Assembly (NCBI GenBank): GCA_043228905.1
Contig: JBHGNT010000001.1
Location: forward strand, 37,262,001 to 37,326,000
Direction: 5' to 3'
Origin: Azolla caroliniana
Lineage: Eukaryota > Plantae > Polypodiophyta
Length of the DNA stretch: 64,000 nucleotides
Each line of letters opens with the position of its first letter. The first letter of the stretch is position 1. The notes under the pieces were generated by a model. It made no database searches. It was not told the DNA's origin and saw only the letters and a program-made list of their open reading frames with translations. Shown one piece after another: positions 53,703-64,000 of this stretch. The position numbers were made by a program, and so were the translations under genes.

Positions 53703-55041
53703 CTCATGACATTAGTTGATACAAATTTCAAAAACAAGGTTGAGTCAATGTGCTTAAATCTAAAACAAATTGTTAATCATTCATTACCTCATTGAATGAT
53801 GTAAGGTTATCGAGAACTGTTGTAACTGAATGAACCATTAGACTTAAGTTCAGTTGACTTTCTAAGTTTAATTATATATCTATGTCAATATAAAACTGTA
53901 GAGATAAGGAGGGAGTCTGTTAATATAACCTGCAAAGGTTTAATGCCAAAAGGCTTATGTAAACATGAGAACATGGTCTGGGTGGTTTTTTGAGGACATG
54001 TTTTGATAAAATTTAAATGCAAACATCTATCATGTACAAAGATGCATGAAATGGAAGTGGTTTAGATTGAGGATATTTTTTTAAGAAAATTCAATGCAAG
54101 CAGAGTTCTTGATCAAACTATCATACGCACAGGACAGCAGGCAAGTGTTTACATCATTTCTGAATGCATGTAATGGATGGTAGTTATAACTTATAGGCCG
54201 TTGGAACAAAAAATGCAATAAAATATAAATTCTGCATAAAAACATTCTCATAGAAGCAAGATATTTCATATTGAAATCCAGTGTCAGGAAATATGAAAAT
54301 AGACCATTTATGTTGAAGCAGTTGCCCTGTTACTTTTGTCAATATCAAAAATGTCAATCAAACCTCCAAAAGCTTTTTCCCTTCAAACTTCAGGAATCTC
54401 CTTTCCATATTTCACAATTACAACCCATGATAACTCAAAAGACAATTCAGAGTTTTAAAATGAAGTGCTGACTCATTAATACTTGTTAGTGCTTGTCAAA
54501 CAAATGTCATTATTTGAAATTATCTATCCCCACCATAACACCCACAAGAGGTGCAGCTATAATATTGATGGTAAAACACATTTCAGATTGAATCTCACCA
54601 ATTAGACCCTTCTTTACATTTCTTTTCCACCCATGGTATTCATAAAGACTCCATAACGCCCATTGCATATTGCTTACCCATGACCCATAGAGTTATGAAG
54701 TAAATCTTTTATATACCATGTGAAGTCCCATTTCCCAATGAATAGTTACAATGATTCGATACAAATGGGCTCAAGGGTGGCACCAAATCCCATGGATTAT
54801 TAGGTTAGTCTTATTATCTAGTCGAAGTTTCCCACCATTTTTTCTAATAATCTGCTTGTCAAGTCTTCCCACTGCCATTGATTATCCCATACCAAATAGG
54901 CAATACAGCAGAAGCTATGGAACCAATACAGTTACTGTAAATGGCATTTGAGAAAATACACTCAAAACTACCATCGAAAGAGCCTACTGTATTATTCAAC
55001 TAATTCCAACTCCCCATGTACGATGTGATGGAAACAATGGG

Positions 55042-58000
55042 TCACAATCGTAGTAGTGAATTACTTATTTTCTTGAGCTCTGCTAGTGCTGTCTGTACAG
55101 CTTCATGCTGACTACCATCAATCAAGAGAGATATGGGTGACTCATTTGTCTGGACATAAGGGCCCTCTGATGTCTCAGAGATGAGGGCAAGAGAGAGCAC
55201 ATTTTCAATCACCTGTAAAAGAATACAAATATTAAATGCTTCGCTTCTGTAAAATTTCTAGTGTGAAACACATATAAGGAAAGAATCATTGAATCCACCT
55301 GTATATTCTCGCATATCAATTGACCAAGCATTCTCGCATCAGATGGTTTACATGTGGTCTCACTACTAATACTGCTTGGCACAAATTCTGACATTAATCT
55401 AACTAGACTTGATGCATCTTTATTCACACATCTGTCAGTCTCCAAGGGAATCATAACGCATGACTGATCAACAGTCTTATTAACCAAGTTTGCTTCTTTT
55501 CCAGGCTGTATAACAGTTGCTTCCTTCAGATGTATGGTGCCCATTTCATCGAAAGCTTTATCATCCTGTCTTCTACTTTTGCCAAAGCTCCATATCCAGC
55601 TCTTTTTTTTATTTGACGAATACTTTTTTTCTTTAAAAGCAGCTGCAGTCACATCAACTTTCCTTTGATCATCCAAACGCTGACAGGGTGTATGATGACC
55701 TGTAGTTGTCGCAATGTTTGGGCTGCAACTTATCACTTCCTTTGGAATCTTGACAGTAGCAGCATTCCTTTCACTAGTACACATGAATACCATATCTTCA
55801 GCACTATTATCATTCAAAAGTCGATCATGTTTAATAGTCCTGCCATGATCTACTTCTTTTTGAAGTAGAACATCAAAAGGGACACTCTTATAATCTGAAT
55901 GGTGTTCCCTATGGACAAACATGGCTTCACCAGGCGTAGTGCTGCTATCATGATTCTCATCTTTCTGCTTTGAACTCTCGTAGCAAACTCCCTTACCATC
56001 TGCACATTTGTTTCTAAATTGTAGTCTTGTTAAACCATCAGAAACGAACTCTTCAACAGAATAGCTAATGTGATTTCCAAGTAGCGCACAACTTGAACCT
56101 ACCTGTTTACTATTGCAGGAAAATGCATTAGTTTCTTGCTTTGATTCCTTAAATGAAATGATCTCAGAAATATTGGTACAGTTCAAATCTTCCATGTGTA
56201 CAGCTTTCAGTTTTTGCAACACAGAATTCTTCCACTTCTCTTCCCAATAGGATTCAGGAAAAGCCTTTCTAAGGACATCAGGTGAAAACTTATTTGGAGA
56301 AGGAGAAAAGGAAGAAGGAGATTTATTTACAGGCTGTGTTTTCTTCCCATTTAACATAGTTTCATGTGGATAAGTATGTGGCCTCCCATGAGCAACTTCC
56401 CCAATAAATGGAGCCAAAATCTTGGCACTCTCAATTAGCATCTCAATATCAACATTTTGGGGAAAATTCAGGAGTTTCTGTAGGCAGTCTGTTGCGTTCG
56501 ACATAGCAATCATTATCCACCTTAGGTAAACAACCATAGAAACGGACAGTGCCAAAATAAAATCTTTTCTGCCATCTGAATCTTTACTCACCAAGAAGAT
56601 AGCATCCCATAAAATCAATAATTTTTTAAGATCAAACTCACGACCAAAAAGAACTCGAATCCATCTCAATGCGAAGAACTGAGGTTCCACACCAAGTTCT
56701 TTAAGATGATTATAGAGGGGCAAATCAAAAGCAGCCAAAGCCTTATAGATCAAAGAAGAAACTTCAAGGGCTGAAGATAGGCCACTTCTAGAACTTACAA
56801 CATTGTTAGCTAGAAAGTAATCTGCCATGTTAACTCCACCATTTCCACACATTAATGCATCAAACATTGAATAAGCATCATGTTCCACAAACCTTCCTGC
56901 TAAGAGAATACCAAGTTCTCCTTCAGCTCCATATGTATCATTACCGAGCACCATGATTCTCAAGGCAAATCTTACCTCATCCAAATCGAGTTCATGACAA
57001 GTGATTCTTGCTAATAAATCTATATCAACATGAATGTCTGACCCATCAACAGTGGTAACAGTTTTAGAATAATGAAATTTTTGACCCCTTTTCTGCTTTC
57101 CTTCATTCTCACATGTTTTTAGTTCCACATAAAATGGCTCCTCAAACCTATCATCAAAGAGATCTTCATATCTTTCTTTCACTTCATGAAAGTGCATAAC
57201 ATCACAATAAAGAACATACAGTAGAGGCGCAAGTAGTTCATGCATCCCTGCAAACGAAGGTGAAAATTGGCAATCGCTAGATTAGAAACCAAAATTGCTG
57301 GAAATAAGAATTAATTAATATGATTCCACTTAGAAGTAGATATACCTTGTCGATAGCTGTAGGTTGTGTTCATAAGAGACCAAACCAGAAGAATCCTCCT
57401 TAACATTGCCTGACAAACAGGGCTCTGAAAGAATTGTCCATGCTCAGGATACAACCTTGTAAGATCTGTGTCGATAGTTTCCTCTAGCTCTGCTATCTGA
57501 AAATAGCGTGACCAAAGACTTTCTGAAACAAATGCCACACAAATATTTAGAGCCAATCTAAATCTCAATGTACCTTCATGCATAAAAAAAGCAAAGATTA
57601 ATGCTAATGAATTAGACAAATCTCTAATGATGCATCCACATGATATACTGCTCTGCTATCTGAAAATTGCATGACCAAAGACTTTCTGAAACAAATGGCA
57701 CACAAATTTTTAGAGCCAATCTAAATCTCATTTTAATTTCATGTATAAAAAAGCCAAGATTCATGCTAATGAATTAGACAAATCATCAACTTGTAATGAT
57801 GCATCCACATGATATACTGGAGTCAATACAATGAACATGTGCACAGTAGATTCCTGTTGTAATTGTGAATAACGTCCACATTGCTGAGCATGCCAACAAT
57901 GCATTTATGAATATTAATAGGTAGCATAGCAAAACATGTAAATTTAAAATGACACTTCATCGCATATTGAGAGCAAGAAACAAGTCAGTATTTCATGTGC

Positions 58001-59465
58001 TCTCCAAAATGTGCTACACCTATGGGAAGATTTTGTGCCTGCGTTTTCTCTATCTCTATTTATGATCAGCTTCCCTTAGTTTACCAAATGGTGGAGAAGA
58101 CAAGCGTCTCCACAACAAACAACTCCACAACGGAAAGAGAAGGAAAAAAACCCGTTGCCAAGCTGACCATTGACAGGGATCAACTAGCTGACAACAGGAT
58201 ATCAATTCGCACACTTTTCAGCATTTGTACATATACTTGTTTTTTTTTGTTTTTCTTATTACGTGTATTTATTCCTTGAATCATTTACCTTCTATAGATG
58301 CTAGAGATATCTCACTAACCCAAACCCTACCCCACAAGCCTATGCCAACCCAATTTTTGTCTATCCCATACTACTCCTGGTGGGGTCCAACACATGATTG
58401 GACTCAAGAAAGCATAAAGAAGTGAATATTTTAGAATGAGCCGGCTTCACCCTACCCCACAAGCCTATGCCAACCCGATTTTTGTCTATCCCATACTACT
58501 CCTGGCGGGGTCCAACACATGACTGGACTCAAGCAAGTATGAAGAAGTGAATATTTTTGAATGAACTGGCTTCCTTAATGTATCTCTAATCCCTTGAACA
58601 TTCCAGACAACAGCCTACCATACCATTTGCTAATTGTCCTCTCTATAGCCTTTCAATGACAACTATAATCCAGTGGTACATATGCCCATAAAACATTGGT
58701 CAAGTTACTAAACTTTCCAAGTGAAAATATTTAACAAGTCTAGCAACTTTTGCCAAAATTTTCACTAACGCTGATTGAAAGATTTAACATGCATTAGCTT
58801 ACCTGGATCTTGGGATAGAGGGTTGTCGACTTTAGACTGGTGCGGTTTATGAGGATCCTCTGCAGCATGAGGATCAATAAGCAATCTTCTCCTAAGATCT
58901 GCATATCTGATGTGCACTTTCATTTGTTACATTGAATTTATGTCTAAATGATAAAATGAATATATGCACATTAAATTTACGTGTTCGTTATTTTATGTTG
59001 AAGCCTAGAATTTGAAATGAATGTACTGAGATTCTACATTTTAACAATGAATATAATATACTAAATTTTAGATTGAACCCTAAATTTTACACTGTATATG
59101 CACCCAAAAATTAATGTACTCCTAGATTTTATATTTAAAGCCTGAAGTATGAGCTAAGCCCAGAAATTCACATTCAATATCCGTCCAGCATCAACATTTG
59201 AAGCCTAAAATTTACACTATCATAAAGCCCAAATTACATTAAAAATATGCTTAGCATTTACATCAAACCTGAAATTTTACCTGCGCCGTCCATCTGCAGC
59301 AGCTCTCCGAAGCTGTTCAATTGATGATGATGAGGGCAAAACGCCTAGTCTAAGTCTCCACAGGAGACCTCTCAGAACACCCTTCCATGCCCATTCTGAA
59401 GCTTCATTCTCACCATTGTTTCTCGAATCGTTATGCGGCGGGAATGGTAATGAACTCTGATTCAT
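55042..59465 (-). CDS. TBC-domain Rab GTPase-activating protein (TBC1D5-like)
   Basis: Exons: 59465-59281, 58906-58803, 57522-57346, 57247-55299, 55212-55042. Motifs: LRGLLWRLRLGVLP, DNPLSQDP, R-finger IDTDLTRLYP, Q-finger YRQGMHELLAP, FALRWIRVLFGREF. Ends ALAELKKISNSLLRL*. Confidence 0.93.
57488..57819. repeat. ~163-bp tandem duplication spanning the TBC intron2/exon3 junction
   Basis: ctctgctatctgaaaat.gc.tgaccaaagactttctgaaacaaatg.cacacaaat...gcatccacatgatatactg occurs at 57488 and at 57651. Confidence 0.88.
58324..58573. repeat. ~125-bp tandem duplication in TBC intron 2
   Basis: accctaccccacaagcctatgccaaccc.atttttgtctatcccatactactcctgg.ggggtccaacacatga... occurs twice. Confidence 0.9.
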
Positions 59466-59512
59466 AGTAATCGCTTAAAGAAAGGCCTAGCTTTCACACA
59501 GATTCATCTCCT

Positions 59513-59543
<31 letters not shown>

Positions 59544-61933
59544 CTCCCCCCCTCTGTGTGCACACAAATTCTTCCCTTCTGCCACAGAAATAAGTAATCT
59601 GCATTCAAAACGGAACATTGGCTCAATAAATGTATGTATTTCTTCTTCTTCTTCTAATTTTATTTCTTCCTTAAGAATGGTTTTGAAAATGTAATGGAAG
59701 CTTTCGTGGGCCGTCGCCACCGTACATAATGCTCTGTTCCCCTTTTTTAATAGGAATGCCGTGAAAACGGCAGCCACCACCAACCCAACCCAACCACACA
59801 CACACACATGTATGTATGTATGTATGTGTGTACATACTTCACTTCTCTCCGACCAACTGAACGATAAGCTTCTGCCACTCGGACTGATAACTCGGGGTGT
59901 ATGCAAAGCATCCGAGTATCGCATCACACTCATGATAAATCTCCATTGCTTCGTGTGCGTGTGCGCGCGTGTGTGTGTATAATGTACGAGTGTCGAACAC
60001 ACATTGACTTTAGGTTCCCACGTTCAACCAAACCCTTTGATGCTTTAAGTGCATTGATCTAGAAGCACACCAGTGATAAGTTTGCACTTCCAACCAAAAC
60101 CTCGGTGTGTAGAGTGTACCCGTATCGCACAAATCCTTAATTGAATCTTCATTAACGATTTATTGAAATTTTGTTCAAAAATTGTTCAAAGTGCACATAT
60201 GTATATACTCGGCTCCATGGAGCACGTGCTCTATATAGATCATGAGAAAATTTTGCAATACATGAAACGATAGTTTCGTTCGCTACAAAATGCACACTAG
60301 GAGACAATAATGTGTACCATGAGTAAATGGTTTTTTATTTGGACCTTGTTGAGGATACACCATGATCCACTCCTTAGAAGACTTGACACACTTTTCTAGG
60401 GGCCAAATGTAACATACAAATTCATCTCCCATCATGGTCTACAAAAAACCCCAACTCTATACTACTTACATTTTAATGTGGATATTTTAAGAGACCACAT
60501 TTCCTTTGAGAAACAAATTGGTTTTGCCTTTAGAATTAAAGAAAGTGTGGTATAGAGAATTCCGCAGGCCACCATTCTAATGCTTAACCTAACATTTTAT
60601 TGGTTTTCTTGATGCCACGATGGTGATTGCTATATGATAATTGGTTTGCATTTTACATGGGTTGATTTTCAGGATGCACATCAAGTGCATGTGAATGCAT
60701 CCTTCATTTTAGCTAATACTAAATTGTTTGACTTCCTTGGTATTCACATTACCAAGTTATCCTTGTATATATAAACGTGTTCCTATTTGGTTTCAGCTTT
60801 AGTCCATGGATAACCACATCAATATTTTGTTGGATTGCATCCCTGATTAGCACATGATGTGATACATGAATTTCAACTTACTATGTCCATTACGAGCTTC
60901 AACAGAAGAGAAATTCAAATTGACAAACATTTGGCTGTCATGAAGTAATCCTTTCATTGAAAGCAAGTAGCATGGATAGGAAATCACTTGCTCAACCAAT
61001 CAAAGAATGCATGAACCAAATGTGTTAAGAAGTACAAGCTTGAACAATAGATTGTTGCAAAGAAGATACAACAAGGAAACATTGAAGATTCCATGATGAA
61101 AGATTTCACTAAAATACATTGAGGGAAATTTTAAGTTGAAGATAACTTTGAAGAAACTGATGACCCTATATAGCCTGCTTAGAAGAAGAGGATGAATATA
61201 ACGTCGTTACGTGTGTCATCCGTTGTACTTGCAAACATGTCATAGCAAGTCACATATGTGAAATTGAACTTCTATATGTATATGGAAAGAAACATTTGGC
61301 TCTCGAGTCTTGACAATATATCACTCTCCTTCCCCCTCTCTTCCCATATGTTGTTGGATTCCCAAATCTACCAAGGTTTCATCTTCACATGGTAGGCTTT
61401 CATTGCTCACACACCTCAACTAGGCAAACAAGAAACTCATTTATTTATATAGCTGAATCTATGAGGGTTTGATCTTCACATGGCAAGCTTTTATTTGCTT
61501 ACACAACCTCAATCGGGGAACAAAACAACTCATCTATCTCTTAATCTATCTACATGCACATATTCAATGATTGTTGTTTTTGTTTTGCAAGCAAGCAATA
61601 ATAAAACAGAAGCCAATGGAATTGGGTGCACATGCAAGAAACAAGAACACAACACATGGGGGGTAGAGTGTCATTCGAGGACACGACACCCACACCCACA
61701 CCCACACTCGGCACGAAACTGTCCTGGTTTAGTTTGGTTTGGTTCTGTCCCCTCTTCTCTTCTGCTCGCTCACTCCACTAGCTGACTACAACTCCTCTTC
61801 TCTTCTGCTCGGTGGATGATGGATACACACACACAAAATCTCTCATGGACCAATTTTAGCCTTTAAGAAGACGTTAATATATCTTTCTTTCTTTCTTTCT
61901 TTCTCTCTCTCTCTCTGGCCATATCTGCGAGCT

Positions 61934-62312
61934 ATGGCGTCTCTTTGCGCCTCTACGTTTTCCAAAGATTGCATCGTGTCTTCTTCTTCTTCCTCTCCAT
62001 CATTTTGCTCGCTCATCTTGAACCAAGCCTTCCACCATCCTATCTGCACCAGGTCTAAGCTCTCTCCTCCTTCTAGAAGAAATCTCTGCGCTGCCTCAGC
62101 GTTTCGGAAACGCTACAATGAGAACTTGCCACCTGGAGCTCACGAGATGGTGGATGAAGAGAGTGGAGAAATTGTGCTTCATTTTGGTGTGGAAGATGAT
62201 GACAGGCTTCCCTCTGATGATCAGCTGCGATGGAAACCTACCAAATATGCAAAGCCAGGAGACATCTCAGAAGATGCTTGGTATAAAATCCTGCAGTCAA
62301 ATCCGTCAACAG
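61934..62312 (+). CDS. Exon 1 of a plastid-targeted protein, probably DEAD-box RNA helicase RH50-like
   Basis: Ser-rich transit peptide (MASLCASTF...SSSSSSPS...CAAS), then [36 protein letters not shown], recalled as similar to the RH50 N-terminal motif. Donor CAG|GTCATC at 62313. The helicase core is not in the window. Confidence 0.55.
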
Positions 62313-62589
62313 GTCATCACACACACACACACACACTTTACGTCTGTTCTGTCACCACATCTCCTTCCTTTCTTCACCCTAATGCTTATAAATATTTCTT
62401 TCGTTCTCTTTAGTATAGGTATATGCTCATACTGTTGCTAATACATCATTCGTTCATTTTCTCTCACTGTTTAACATAGGTATACACATGTACACTTCAT
62501 ACATTAACTTTTGATAGCTATGAACTATCCCAATTCATCACATTTAAACCACATATTTGCATACTGTTTTCATTCTTTAAGCATTTGTT

Positions 62590-63268
62590 GTGGTAGAACT
62601 CGTTTGGATGATACATTAGAAAATGTTTCAAAAGATAGAATGTGGATGATCTTTTAGAGCTTTTAAGTGATGCTATGCATCATGTAATGATCGAGGAAAG
62701 GTTGGTGTAATCATTAAGGATGAATTGGGAAGATGCTAAGAGGACAAAGTTAGAATACTACATTGCAAATATCAACCCTGATTGTTGGTCTCAATATATG
62801 GCAAGAATGCCTATTGATCGTATCCAACATTATCTAATTACCAATATGAGTAGTAATGCTTGTAGAGCCCTCACACTACTTCACACTTGATCTCCCAAGT
62901 TAGGTATTGAAGTTGCATCATGGTATCAAAATGTAACAAATTTGAGGGCATGTAAAGTATACAATGAACGCATGGTAGAGGATGAATGACACTTGCTCTT
63001 CACATGCTCGGCATATAGTGTAGTTCGCTCAAGATATGATGACATATTAAGAGGGAGTGATAACTTAAGTGCCATACTTAAGACACCACCTAGAAGGCTG
63101 AGCTAAGAGGTGTATGCCTTATTCATGCATAGAGACTTTGTGCTTCAAGGTATGAATACCCCTTCTTAGGAAGGAGACACATATCAAGAACACATGTATA
63201 CTCTGGTCCCATAGGTCAAAACTGGCCTCTTTATGGACGATAAAAATTTCTAATTCTAATTCTAATTG
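62590..63268 (+). mobile_element. LINE 3' fragment (RTEX-like) with (TTCTAA)n tail, intronic
   Basis: Decayed translation HYL...RALTLLHT*SPKLGIEVASW...RACKV...VEDE*HLLFTCSAY..VR..Y (LINE C-terminal Zn-knuckle pattern). Ends in a ttctaattctaattctaatt tail. Confidence 0.65.
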
Positions 63269-64000
63269 TTGTCTGGTCATTGTTTGATGACCACGACAGG
63301 TTTTTTATTCCATGATTAGAAACTGAGTATCTGAATTCAGAATCCCATCGTTAAACAATTCAGATGGTTGTAACATTCACGTATGTTTTTTGTTGAACCT
63401 GATCTATTTTAACTATAAACTTTTGTTGATCCCTTTTTCCCTTCCAACTAGTGTGTCACTTAAGTAAATACACATACAGGGGATCCATTATAGATTGGTC
63501 ACCTTCTGATAACCATTAACTATTCATAGTCCACTCATAGAAACTGCGTATCTGAATAGAATTTTGATTTGTTATGAAATTCATGTGATGGAAACATTCA
63601 CTATATTTAATTTATTATCAAAATTTGCAGGTCACAAGCATTTGTTTTTTTAACATTCATTTACTTAAATTGTTTCTTTACCGTTAATGTACAGAAAACA
63701 TTTGCAAGATCAGTGTGGAGGTAGTATACCGTCAGCTTTCATATTGAATTTTCTGGTCTACATAATAAAAATTTAAGAAGATTACAAGCAAGCGACTTCG
63801 TTTCATGAAATGCACCCACTTTGCATGGCCTGAAATTCACACACGCACACACACACACACACACACATATATATGTGATCAATCTTTGTAGATTAGGAAG
63901 TTCAACTTTGCTAGACATTCATTTCTCAGGTTTGTGGTGTGACTTCTACCTGGTTCAAATGACATGGTGATGCTATGTAATGGATTGTATAGTTATATAT

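Noticed and set aside
59487-60002. 171-aa ORF upstream of the TBC gene
   Set aside because: Built from (GA)n, (CA)n and (TATG)n microsatellites, with no recognisable conserved uORF peptide.

Overview
AT-rich, intron-rich land-plant nuclear DNA; a fern or other seed-free plant is my inference from gene and TE content, not something the sequence proves. Manual GT/GC-AG exon assembly gives nine protein-coding loci. These are: a 5'-partial WD40 gene (+), a group I WRKY TF (+, GC-AG first intron), a 66-aa IRON MAN/FEP-type peptide ending GDDDDDSPDVAPAA (-), a SINE1/2-like plant KASH protein (-), an ePHD + pre-SET/SET protein with a degenerate active site (+), eIF5A (+), a CHI-fold (FAP/AIM18-like) protein (+), a TBC1D5-like RabGAP (-), and exon 1 of a probable plastid RH50-like DEAD-box helicase (+). 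Mobile DNA includes a 1.18-kb two-LTR chromovirus-like derivative with a tRNA-Ala PBS, a 5'-truncated L1 with a TSD, a tRNA-derived SINE, an hAT MITE abutting a perfect 51-bp hairpin, and an RTEX-like LINE tail. Many 65-260 bp local tandem duplications are scattered through the window. The top leads are the IMA iron-signalling peptide locus and the ePHD pseudo-methyltransferase.
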